Assembly (NCBI GenBank): GCA_020632415.1
Contig: JACKFO010000002.1
Span: 642,732-706,731 of the forward strand
Length of the DNA stretch: 64,000 nucleotides
Origin: Candidatus Nomurabacteria bacterium
GTDB taxonomy: Bacteria; Patescibacteriota; Patescibacteriia; UBA1558; GWA2-36-10
Direction: 5' to 3'
Shown here: piece after piece, positions 39,844-48,621 of the stretch
How the letters are laid out: each line of letters begins with the position of its first letter
How positions within the stretch are numbered: position 1 is the stretch's first letter
Translations under genes and position numbers: made by a program
Notes under the pieces: generated by a model
The model's database searches: none
What the model was told of the DNA's origin: nothing
Seen by the model: only the letters and a program-made list of their open reading frames with translations

Positions 39844-39880
39844 CCTCTGCGTACGCGAGCACGCAGAGGGATTTTTTTTA
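39844..39880 (+). terminator. GC-rich intrinsic terminator
   Basis: ccctctgcgt/acgcagaggg 10-bp stem followed by atttttttta. Confidence 0.5.
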
Positions 39881-42664
39881 TTTACTAAACTTTTTCTTTA
39901 ACGAAAAAATAATTAACAAAATTAAACTGCCGCAAATTATAAACAATAAATTCTTTTTTATTTTTTCACTCCGCAGATCATTTTCTACCTGATAAACTTC
40001 TTCGCTAATTTCTACTTGTTTGTTTGGCTCTTTGTTTATTGCTGCTTCTACTTTTTGAGCAAACTGCAAATCATTTTTATTCAAAGGCAATAATTTAAAT
40101 CCACTACTGGTTTCAGACAAAATTCCAGCAACAATCATTTCTTGACCTTTGCTGATTTCTAAATCACTTAAATCAAAATTTGCATAAACGCGCACTTGCC
40201 AATCCTCTTCTTCTTCGCTAGCCAAATAAATATTCTTGCCACTTTTTTTGACAATAATTCCCTTGAGATGCAAAAAGTCTCCTAATAAATCTTCACTCAA
40301 ATCATCGGTAGAAATTAATTCTGGCGCTGCCAAATCCAAATGAAACTCAGTTTTTAAAAGATCTTCTTTGCTTTTTATTTTTACTCGTGGCAAAGGATCC
40401 AGTTTTGAAATTTCACCAGACACTTCCACAAGATCTCCCGCTTTTATTTCGGGCCAATCTTTTTTGCTAAAATAAATCTCCACTGGTTGATCATAATAAA
40501 TTTCCTCTTGGTCCCAATCTACTAAATATAAACTTGCGCTTTTTGGATTAGCATCATTGATTGCTAGGCCCTGCAAAATAACATTGGCTTTTATTTTTTG
40601 ATCATAAATAGCTGGCGGATTTAAAAGGCTAAAACCAGCAACGTCTTGTTTAGCTTGATTTACAGATCCTGGACTAGCTTGCTTATTGACAAACCATTCT
40701 AAATTCTCAAAATCCCAAGCGTACGATTGTCCTTCGGGAATTTTATTATAATTTACTTCCTGCCAAACTTCTTGCAATGGGTTTAATAAACGCACACTAT
40801 CTTCTGAATTATTTAAAGTAACGCCTGTTTCTGAACGAGAAAAAATCTTGAACTCACCCGGCAAAATAATTGTGCTGGTCGCAAATAAGTATGGCCGACT
40901 ACCACCATCTTGGTCATCCAAATACCAACCCAGCAAATCTATTGGTTCTGAAAAATTATTACAAACTTCAATCCATTCACCGTCATCAGAGCCGACTGGA
41001 TTTGGAATAAACTCAGAAATAATCAAGTCTCCAAGCTCAAAATTTATTACTTGGATGTTTTTTATTTCTAAATTATTCTCTGCCTCAAAAATATTTAACA
41101 ATAAACTAGCCTCGCCGCTCAAACCTTCGCTGTCGCTAACTTTTAACTTTACTAAATAATTTCCAGCTGCCGAGTATTGATGATTTTCTATTTTTTCATC
41201 ACCAGAAGTTTCGTCACCAAAGTCCCAAAAATATTCTAGCGTTCCTTCTTCGGGATCAGAAGAATCTTCTGCTGATAATTTAATTTTTTCACCAACTAAA
41301 AAATTTTCTGACAACAACTTAATTACTGCCTCCGGCGCAAGATTTGCTACAAAAATATTTTCCGTTCCAGGAGTCAATTCTGCGGTCCACAAAAAATTAT
41401 TCTGAAAAATATTTTCTCGGGCATAACTTTTGTTTTCTAAGGCTGTATCAATGTATGAAATTTGTTCCAACAAACTTCCTTCTGGATCATAAAGCTTGAC
41501 GGCATCACCTCCGGCATTATTCAAAGAAACTCCCGTAACACTTTTTTCTAAAACCAAATAAGTGTTAGCGCCAATGCTGAGATTGTCATCTTCAGAAATT
41601 GTAAATATTCGCGCTGAGTTATCTTGCAAAGCAAAACCACTCAAATCTATTCTTTGTTCTCCTTTGTTATAAAGCTCAATCCACTCACCATCATCAACTC
41701 CAGTTGGATTTGGTAAAAACTCGGAGACAATAATGTCTTGCCAATGATTTTGCGGCGGCGGATTTCCGCCGCCGTTATTACCGCCACCATTTTCTCCACC
41801 CCCACCATCTTCCTCCTCTTGATCTTCTGCTGTCACAGTCACCAAACAACTAGCATAAGCTTCTAATTCGCCATTGGAAACAGTCAAACTAACATTGTAA
41901 TTATTTGCTTCCACAAAAGTATGGGTCGCTTGCACTGTTGTTATCGTTGTACCGTCCAAAAAATCCCAAAGATAAGTAAGCGGTAAATTTTGCGGATCAA
42001 TCGATTGAGAAGCGTCAAATAAACCCTCTTCTCCAAGGAGCAAGCTTGTCGGACAAATAGCTACAGCAAGCGGCTGATCGCTCTCTTCTCCACTACCATC
42101 GTCGTGACTATTTTCTAAGCCTGGCGTGCCACCAATGACAAAACTTTCTTGCCAATTTTCTGGACTTGAGTCTTGATTTAAATTTATTTTTTCTAGACTT
42201 TTGCCAGATCCCGATCCACCCCAAGCCGAATCATAAGTAGCTTGAATTAAATAAGTCTCTCCGCCATCGAAACTTAAAGCCAGTTCTCCTGTTGTATTTG
42301 CCAAACTCATTACTGTATCAAAAACCGTGCCAGAAAATTCTGGATAGTCTTGCAAAAATTGCTCAGCATCTGCCGCGATTATAAAATATTCTCCTGGCAC
42401 AATTAAATTATCTTCACCTTGCGCTAAATTTAAAGTATGATTTGTGCCGTCAAAAAAACGCCAAGTATCAGAACCCGCGCCCGTCAAAACTTCGATCTCC
42501 TCATTGCCGCTATTAAAAATTTCAACCCACTCATGTCCAGCGTCACCACCAGATAAATCATACATGATTTCGGAAATCAACAAATCAGCTTCTGTTGCCT
42601 GCGCTATTTTGGTCGCGCTAAAAACTAGCAAGCATATGATGCTTAACAAAACCGCTTTCTTCAT
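39878..42664 (-). CDS. large secreted surface protein with lamin-tail-like (LTD) domains, PKD domain(s) and C-terminal TM anchor
   Basis: Signal peptide; repeated LISEIMYD..GHEWVEIFNSG / IISEFLPNPTGVDDGEWIELYN / IISEFIPNPVGSDDGEWIEVCN motifs (LTD); PLTYLWDFLDGTT...YNVSLTV (PKD); Gly-rich linker; C-terminal hydrophobic helix plus KKKFSK. Confidence 0.6.
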   Translation of the reverse strand: MKKAVLLSIICLLVFSATKIAQATEADLLISEIMYDLSGGDAGHEWVEIFNSGNEEIEVLTGAGSDTWRFFDGTNHTLNLAQGEDNLIVPGEYFIIAADAEQFLQDYPEFSGTVFDTVMSLANTTGELALSFDGGETYLIQATYDSAWGGSGSGKSLEKINLNQDSSPENWQESFVIGGTPGLENSHDDGSGEESDQPLAVAICPTSLLLGEEGLFDASQSIDPQNLPLTYLWDFLDGTTITTVQATHTFVEANNYNVSLTVSNGELEAYASCLVTVTAEDQEEEDGGGGENGGGNNGGGNPPPQNHWQDIIVSEFLPNPTGVDDGEWIELYNKGEQRIDLSGFALQDNSARIFTISEDDNLSIGANTYLVLEKSVTGVSLNNAGGDAVKLYDPEGSLLEQISYIDTALENKSYARENIFQNNFLWTAELTPGTENIFVANLAPEAVIKLLSENFLVGEKIKLSAEDSSDPEEGTLEYFWDFGDETSGDEKIENHQYSAAGNYLVKLKVSDSEGLSGEASLLLNIFEAENNLEIKNIQVINFELGDLIISEFIPNPVGSDDGEWIEVCNNFSEPIDLLGWYLDDQDGGSRPYLFATSTIILPGEFKIFSRSETGVTLNNSEDSVRLLNPLQEVWQEVNYNKIPEGQSYAWDFENLEWFVNKQASPGSVNQAKQDVAGFSLLNPPAIYDQKIKANVILQGLAINDANPKSASLYLVDWDQEEIYYDQPVEIYFSKKDWPEIKAGDLVEVSGEISKLDPLPRVKIKSKEDLLKTEFHLDLAAPELISTDDLSEDLLGDFLHLKGIIVKKSGKNIYLASEEEEDWQVRVYANFDLSDLEISKGQEMIVAGILSETSSGFKLLPLNKNDLQFAQKVEAAINKEPNKQVEISEEVYQVENDLRSEKIKKNLLFIICGSLILLIIFSLKKKFSK

Positions 42665-42690
42665 TTTGTTAGATTTAAATAATTAAATAT

Positions 42691-43251
42691 TTACAACTCT
42701 TTAATATCTCCTTTGGCTAAATATCTTTCTATTTTTTTAAATTCATTAACAACCCTTTTATTATTTTCTTTTTTTACCCACCAATCATCCTTATTAAACC
42801 CATATGCGTCATAAGTTGCCAAAGAAAACTTTATGTCTTTTGGAAAATATTTTTTAATGGTCATCAATGCTCTCCGAGAATGATAATTTTTAGTGATCAA
42901 CAAAATACTATCAATTTTATCTAATGCCCCTTTGCTTTTTAATAATCTTCTAGAAAATAAAACATTTTCTAAGGTGTTGGTTGCTTTATCCTCCAACAAT
43001 AAACACTCTGCTTTAATTCCTTTTTTAATTAAAGCTGTAGCAATGCTTTTTGCTTCAATAATGCTTTCTGGAAATTTTTTACCCCCTGAAATTAAAATTT
43101 TATTAAAAAATTTTTCTTTATCTAATTTAGACACTAAATCCACCAATTCTTTATAATGAATCGTTCCAAAAACAAAACCCAAGTCGGCCTGAACCACGTT
43201 TTCCTTTAAAAATAAATATTCCGTTATTTTTTTCACTTCTTCCTCGTTCAT
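42691..43251 (-). CDS. DUF218 (YdcF/SanA/ElyC-like) domain protein
   Basis: LISGGKKFPESIIEAKSIATALIKKGI...LLEDKATNTLENVLFS...LLITKNYHSRRAL fits the DUF218 core; start at internal MNEEE. Confidence 0.45.
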   Translation of the reverse strand: MNEEEVKKITEYLFLKENVVQADLGFVFGTIHYKELVDLVSKLDKEKFFNKILISGGKKFPESIIEAKSIATALIKKGIKAECLLLEDKATNTLENVLFSRRLLKSKGALDKIDSILLITKNYHSRRALMTIKKYFPKDIKFSLATYDAYGFNKDDWWVKKENNKRVVNEFKKIERYLAKGDIKEL

Positions 43252-43315
43252 ATTTAATATAATAACAAATTGTATAAATAAGCCCAAGTTAACCCTAACC
43301 TGGGCTTATTTATTA

Positions 43316-44071
43316 TCATCCTATATTTTTACAAACTTGATTATAAGCAATAGCCTGAGATTCACCGTGGACAACCAAAGAAATTAACGTTTCATACCAC
43401 AACATCAATTGCAACGCCTGATTATAATTCATCTCTTTTTTGCATCTCTGCAAAAAATTCATAGCAGGCATTGAATCGACGTTGTATATATCATCAAAAT
43501 GTCTAAAACATTGAACCAAATCCGACGGGGAACATATATACCGTAAAGAAAACCGACAAGCATAGCGCGTTAATGCATTACCTGGACCATGCAATAACTT
43601 ACTTACAAAAATCCTTGCCTCCGCTTTCTCAAGCGTCCTTACTAACTGTCTACGACAAATCGTCCTATTGTCTAATAAAACATACGTAGCCATATCTGCG
43701 AAACTAGCAACCTCTCCTCTGTTACAACTCGACTCAATGGGCATTCTGCCTTTAATATCTGTGCCAGAAACTAAAGATGGATTATAGCGTGGATACCACA
43801 TCGGTGAAAACAAATTTGTAATTTCATCCATTGTATGTGGAACTAGGTCAATGTCACAGCTCGTGCTAAGACATAATTTCTCCCTTAAATCGCGTAACTT
43901 TTGATAAACATCCAGTTCAACAACCCCCAATCTACTTGGTATCATAATTGCTATATCTAAATCCTCTGAATCGTGATTAAAAAACCAAGATCCATAAATT
44001 CTAGCTGCGATTACCAAATTATTCTCTGCGATAGCTTCCGCTACACAGTCAACAATCGCTTGCTTCTTCAT
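43316..44071 (-). CDS. Pol-beta-superfamily nucleotidyltransferase (kanamycin/lincosamide NTase-like architecture)
   Basis: GS...DSEDLDIAI nucleotidyltransferase motif in the N-domain, helical C-domain; aaggag RBS before internal M28 start. Confidence 0.45.
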   Translation of the reverse strand: MKKQAIVDCVAEAIAENNLVIAARIYGSWFFNHDSEDLDIAIMIPSRLGVVELDVYQKLRDLREKLCLSTSCDIDLVPHTMDEITNLFSPMWYPRYNPSLVSGTDIKGRMPIESSCNRGEVASFADMATYVLLDNRTICRRQLVRTLEKAEARIFVSKLLHGPGNALTRYACRFSLRYICSPSDLVQCFRHFDDIYNVDSMPAMNFLQRCKKEMNYNQALQLMLWYETLISLVVHGESQAIAYNQVCKNIG

Positions 44072-44187
44072 CACTCTTCTCCTTTTTTTGTTTGTAAAAA
44101 TTGTGAAAGTGCTTTTCTTCATTAACTCTCTTAAGAAAACTCCAAAGCTCAACAGGCCGAAAAACTTTGGAATTCTCCTTAAAACAA

Positions 44188-44595
44188 TTAATTGTTTTCT
44201 AATTGAATCTCCTCTACCTCAATATCTTCTCGAGCAGTTTCGTCTCCCTGACTTTCTTTGCGCTGACTTCCGCCAAGCATAATTAAGTCAGAAGCAATCA
44301 CTTCGGTAGCATAATGTTTCCGTCCATCTTTATCGTCCCAAGTTCTGTTTTGCAATCTACCTTCCAAATAAATTTTTGATCCCTTTTTTAAATAAGTAGC
44401 AACAATGTCGGCTAAATGTCCCCAAGCTACGATTTTATGAAAATCGGCACGAGACTTTTTTTCTTTTGATTTTGAGTCGTACCAAACATAATTAGTAGCT
44501 AAACCAAAGGCACTTACTGCTTGTCCAGATGGTAAATTTTTTAACTCTGGATCTTGAGTCAAATTACCGATCAAATTTACTTTGTTTAAATCCAT
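44188..44595 (-). CDS. ssb: single-stranded DNA-binding protein
   Basis: MDLNKVNLIGNLTQDPELKNLPSGQAVSAFGLATN OB-fold N-terminus; acidic C-terminal tail. Confidence 0.8.
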   Translation of the reverse strand: MDLNKVNLIGNLTQDPELKNLPSGQAVSAFGLATNYVWYDSKSKEKKSRADFHKIVAWGHLADIVATYLKKGSKIYLEGRLQNRTWDDKDGRKHYATEVIASDLIMLGGSQRKESQGDETAREDIEVEEIQLENN

Positions 44596-45029
44596 AATCG
44601 CTTTTCCTTTCTGATTATTAATAATTATTTTTTAAATATCTATTGACAAAATCGACTTTTTTGTTTATTATTTTGATTGAAGGCTATTTATTTAGCCCTC
44701 AAAATCGCTTTTCTTCAAGAAAAACCAGCCGCAAGGCTGGTTTTTCTATTATTTTAAATAAAAAATCACATCACTAATAGCGCTCAACCCATAATCAGAC
44801 ATATTAAATAACATGGGTTTTTTCTTTAATAATAAATTGCTCAAAAATTTGAAAATCATCTTTTTTTCTTAAATCTTTCATAATTGACTTATTTTTATTT
44901 TGTTTTTTATTTGCGCCGTCGATATATTTAAAGACGGCTTAAATATATTTCTATCATATCAAAAATAAAAAATCTGTCAATACTAAATAATTTAGCTAAT
45001 ATTAGCTAAATTAAAAAAGCCTGGTCCTT

Positions 45030-45278
45030 TCACAAGAACAAGGCTTTGATAATCTGACTCGAAAATAGACCAAAAAAGGCGATTAAAACTGGCAATGCCA
45101 AGAAAAAATAGAACAAAAATCCCCTGAAATAGTGCAAAAACCGATCTGTCAAACTAATAATATGAACATCTCTAGGATAAATCCTACAAGCTATTGTCCA
45201 AGAAATTATCAAGACAAGGCCTAAATACAGCCCAAAGTGGCTATGGATATAAGCTAAGGCTTTCATGTTTTCCCCCAA
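45030..45278 (-). CDS. 82-aa small membrane protein (hypothetical)
   Basis: Two hydrophobic segments. Confidence 0.3.
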   Translation of the reverse strand: MGENMKALAYIHSHFGLYLGLVLIISWTIACRIYPRDVHIISLTDRFLHYFRGFLFYFFLALPVLIAFFGLFSSQIIKALFL

Positions 45279-45342
45279 AAAATTGAAGAACTGTTCTTTC
45301 TTGTATTATAGAGCCTTTGGTTTTATTAGGTCAATCTTACTA

Positions 45343-45371
45343 TTGACAAAATATATATTATGTGATATAAT
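45343..45371 (+). promoter_or_regulatory. consensus sigma70 promoter (TTGACA-17-TATAAT) upstream of the GC-rich 315-aa gene
   Basis: ttgaca aaatatatattatgtga tataat. Confidence 0.45.
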
Positions 45372-45448
45372 TGTATATTGGCCGATTCACTACGAATTAG
45401 CCAACAGCTCCTTGCAACTTATAACTTTTTGCAGAAGGGATTGAAATC

Positions 45449-46396
45449 ATGACCGCCAACCATCATCCTTCCCTCCCGACCGCCGAAGAAATCAGCCACC
45501 ACTGCGTCGCGGCAGCCTACAAGGCAGTCGGCAAGGGCAACCCCTGGCGCAATGCTGCCTGGCATGCCCTGCAGGACTACGCCACCGAGCATCACGGCTA
45601 CGACCGCGATGACCGGTGGCAGACCGCCCAGCTGCGTCGACGCTTCTATGCCACGGCCAACTGCGGTTCCCCCGAGAACATGCTCAAGACCAAGATCCGC
45701 CAGCTGAACCTCGGGGGGCTGACCATGAGCCAGGCTCTGGCAACGCTCTATCACGATCCGCTTCTCGACCTGATCGATGGTGAAGGCCACTTCTGGCTCA
45801 ACAAGCTGAGTGAGGAAGAGGGTCTGAACTGGGCCGAACCGCACACCAAGAACCAACTGAAGCAGCTCGCCCCCAAGAAAGCCTCGCCGAGACCGCTTTC
45901 GCCTCAACGACGCTTTGTGCTCCGAATCAAGGAACTGCAGGACGATCTCGACCTCAGTCGACGAGAAGCCTACAAGAAGATCCATGCCGAATTCGCAGGT
46001 GAACTCGAGCGGGATCGCGGGCTCTTCATGACGCACTGGCCTTTCGACGAAGAAGAGCTTTCGGCCCTGGTCACGATGTTCGAAGAAGACACCAACAAGA
46101 TCCCGAAGCTCCACCGCCGCGAACTCTTCGGCTTCCTGATCACCGAGCAGATCACCGATCCGGGTGATCCGCGCGAGATGCAGAAGTTTGTAGAGACCTT
46201 CCTCAAGGTCAGTCCACTGCCGCTGGACGAGCTGAAAGCCGAGATCGAGAAAGGCTACCGAATCGCTGGCTTCAATCGTCCCTATGTGAGGGCTCAAGTG
46301 GAAAAAAGCTTCCGCGATCGGCTGCTCCCAGGCGAATTCGATCACGTCTTCGACAAGATCTGGCGTGACTGCGTCACGCTCGGACTCACTGGCTAG
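45449..46396 (+). CDS. 315-aa hypothetical soluble protein in GC-rich island
   Basis: aaggga RBS; protein has normal composition while the opposite-strand ORF (45419..46345) has antisense-like Leu/Val/Gly/Arg bias; followed by a strong terminator; no family recognised. Confidence 0.55.
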   Translation: MTANHHPSLPTAEEISHHCVAAAYKAVGKGNPWRNAAWHALQDYATEHHGYDRDDRWQTAQLRRRFYATANCGSPENMLKTKIRQLNLGGLTMSQALATLYHDPLLDLIDGEGHFWLNKLSEEEGLNWAEPHTKNQLKQLAPKKASPRPLSPQRRFVLRIKELQDDLDLSRREAYKKIHAEFAGELERDRGLFMTHWPFDEEELSALVTMFEEDTNKIPKLHRRELFGFLITEQITDPGDPREMQKFVETFLKVSPLPLDELKAEIEKGYRIAGFNRPYVRAQVEKSFRDRLLPGEFDHVFDKIWRDCVTLGLTG

Positions 46397-46408
46397 CTTC
46401 CTCCTGCT

Positions 46409-46464
46409 GCCCGCTCACTGCAAGCAAACCTTGTGTTTGTCTTGCGATGAGCGGGCTTTTTTTA
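46409..46464 (+). terminator. GC-rich intrinsic terminator
   Basis: gcccgctca...tgagcgggc with inner gcaag/cttgc, then ttttttta. Confidence 0.5.
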
Positions 46465-46530
46465 TTTGACAAAATAATTTAAAAATTCTAAGCTTTTCTA
46501 AATTGCACGCCAGCAGTTTTTGGAGGAAAA

Positions 46531-46653
46531 ATGCTAGAACAAGTCAGGCTCTACATCGACCAACACTTGGGACAATTCCTGCCAGTCTTGCTGATGCTCT
46601 CTCTTCCTTTGATCGCCGTGATCAGAAACAAAATAAGGCGGAAGAAAGCTTAG
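46531..46653 (+). CDS. 40-aa hydrophobic peptide (hypothetical)
   Basis: ggagga RBS 6 nt upstream; MLEQVRLYIDQHLGQFLPVLLMLSLPLIAVIRNKIRRKKA; followed by its own terminator. Confidence 0.25.
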   Translation: MLEQVRLYIDQHLGQFLPVLLMLSLPLIAVIRNKIRRKKA

Positions 46654-46661
46654 ATCCCCAC

Positions 46662-46690
46662 GCAGCCACCTTGAGCGGCTGCTTTTTTTA
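46662..46690 (+). terminator. intrinsic terminator
   Basis: gcagcc...ggctgc stem followed by tttttttatttt. Confidence 0.4.
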
Positions 46691-47284
46691 TTTTAAATAC
46701 TTCTTTAAAAAACTAATTCGATGCAAATCAGAAACACCGTGTTTGGCGATCAGCTCTAAGTGCTCTTTTGTACCATAACCCTTGTGTTGAGAAAAATTAT
46801 ATTTAGAATATTTTTCTCCTAAATTCATCAACAAATTATCGCGATAAACTTTAGCTAAAATTGAAGCTGCGGCAATAATCGAAAATTTACTCTCACCTTT
46901 TATGTGAAATTCTATTTTTTTGTTTTTTACATAATTTTGTGCACCACCAATATGGTCGGCTAAAATTTTTCCCTCAAAATTTTCTAGCTGTAAAATCAGC
47001 TTTTCAACTGCTCTCTCTACTACTAAACAATTAGCTGGCTGAATTCCAATTTTATCTATCTCTTGACCATCTATTTCAGCGTACGCCCAGATAAAATTAT
47101 TTTTTAATAACTCAAAAAGCTCTTCTCTTTTTTTAGCTGTTAATTTTTTAGAGTCTTTCACCAGCTTTAAAACTTCATCTTCGTTTTCTAGACCACGCGA
47201 CAAACAAGCCGCAGCCACAATCGGACCAGCCACACAACCACGACCAACTTCATCAACGCCAATAAGGTAATTTTCATTTTCCAT
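46688..47284 (-). CDS. rnhB: ribonuclease HII
   Basis: IGVDEVGRGCVAGPIVAAA catalytic N-terminus. Confidence 0.85.
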   Translation of the reverse strand: MENENYLIGVDEVGRGCVAGPIVAAACLSRGLENEDEVLKLVKDSKKLTAKKREELFELLKNNFIWAYAEIDGQEIDKIGIQPANCLVVERAVEKLILQLENFEGKILADHIGGAQNYVKNKKIEFHIKGESKFSIIAAASILAKVYRDNLLMNLGEKYSKYNFSQHKGYGTKEHLELIAKHGVSDLHRISFLKKYLK

Positions 47285-47353
47285 CTTTTGATTATATCAT
47301 AAAACCTCGGGACAAACCCGAGGTTAAGTAAAATTTAAACAAAATAATTAAAA

Positions 47354-48583
47354 TTAATTTCTAGCGCGAGAAGCTTTGTCGATTCTTTCTAGGGCGGTCA
47401 CAAAAGCGGCTGTTCGTAAATTAACTTGATACTTTTGTCCGGTTTCCCAAATTGCTTGCCAAGCCGGAATCATTCTTTCTCTAAGCTCAGCATCTACCTC
47501 TTCGGCGCTCCAATAATTATTACTTAAATTTTGCACCCATTCAAAATAAGAAACCGTCACCCCGCCGGCGTTAGCCAAAACGTCTGGCACTACGACAACT
47601 TTGTTTTTAAATAAAATATCATCGGCCTCCGGAGTAGTTGGTCCGTTGGCAAGTTCTAACAAAATCTTTGCTTTAATATTTTCAGCATTGTCTTTGGTAA
47701 TTTGATTTTCTAAAGCAGCCGGCACCAAAACGTCCACTTCCAAAGCAAACAATTCTTCGATGTTTATTTCTTTAGCTCCTTTAAAACCTTTGACGCTCTT
47801 GGTCTCTTCTTTGTGCATCATTAATTCTGGAATATCTAAACCAGCTGCGTCATAAATTGCCGAACTAGAGTCAGCCACAGCTACTATTTTATAACCAGCC
47901 TCAAATAATAAGCCAGCCATTACTGCTCCGGCATTACCAAAACCTTGAATAGCTACTTTCAAATCTTTTTCCGGCAAGCCTAGTTGTTTAACCGCTGCTT
48001 CCAAAACATAAAAACCACCTTGTGCCGTAGAAGTACCGCGTCCTTTTGAACCACCGTATTCCAAAGGCTTGCCAGTGACAACGCCCAAAGAAGGCTTACC
48101 TTCAAGTTGTGAAAATTCATCGGCCATCCAAGCCATAATTTGTGGGGTTGTATAAACATCTGGTGCTGGAATGTCTTTTTCTGGCCCAATAACCGGACGA
48201 AAAGCACGAATCCAAACACGAGACAATCTCTCTAGTTCATTTTGACTTAGTTTTTTAGGGTCCACAATCACGCCGCCTTTACCGCCGCCCATCGGGATTC
48301 CAACTACCGCGCACTTGATCGCCATCCAAAAACTCAAAGCTTTTACTTCATCCAAATCAACTTGTGGATGAAAACGAATTCCTCCTTTGTATGGTCCACG
48401 GGCACTGTTGTATTGAACACGATAAGCTTGATAAATATTTAAACTGCCATCGTCCATTCTAACTGGCAAAGAAGCTTGATTGATTTTTTCTGGGTTAGAC
48501 AAACGGGCCAAAGTTTCTGAATTTAAATCCATGATTTTAGCCGCTGTCTCTAATTGCCTTAAAGCATTGTCATAAGCATTCAT
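47354..48583 (-). CDS. gdhA: Glu/Leu/Phe/Val-family (glutamate) dehydrogenase
   Basis: 409 aa; GGGKGG substrate motif region and GFGNAG NAD(P)-binding motif. Confidence 0.85.
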   Translation of the reverse strand: MNAYDNALRQLETAAKIMDLNSETLARLSNPEKINQASLPVRMDDGSLNIYQAYRVQYNSARGPYKGGIRFHPQVDLDEVKALSFWMAIKCAVVGIPMGGGKGGVIVDPKKLSQNELERLSRVWIRAFRPVIGPEKDIPAPDVYTTPQIMAWMADEFSQLEGKPSLGVVTGKPLEYGGSKGRGTSTAQGGFYVLEAAVKQLGLPEKDLKVAIQGFGNAGAVMAGLLFEAGYKIVAVADSSSAIYDAAGLDIPELMMHKEETKSVKGFKGAKEINIEELFALEVDVLVPAALENQITKDNAENIKAKILLELANGPTTPEADDILFKNKVVVVPDVLANAGGVTVSYFEWVQNLSNNYWSAEEVDAELRERMIPAWQAIWETGQKYQVNLRTAAFVTALERIDKASRARN

Positions 48584-48621
48584 ATTTTTGATTTTAAAAT
48601 AAAAATTTTAATTAATATTTT

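Noticed and set aside
39452-39992. ORFs 39452..39766(-), 39544..39741(+) and 39693..39992(+)
   Set aside because: They are shadow frames of the GC-rich membrane gene and its terminator region.
45419-46345. 308-aa ORF on the minus strand overlapping the 315-aa plus-strand gene
   Set aside because: Its composition is typical of the antisense frame of a GC-rich gene (Leu/Val/Gly/Arg rich), with no RBS or promoter. The plus-strand gene has a promoter, RBS and terminator.
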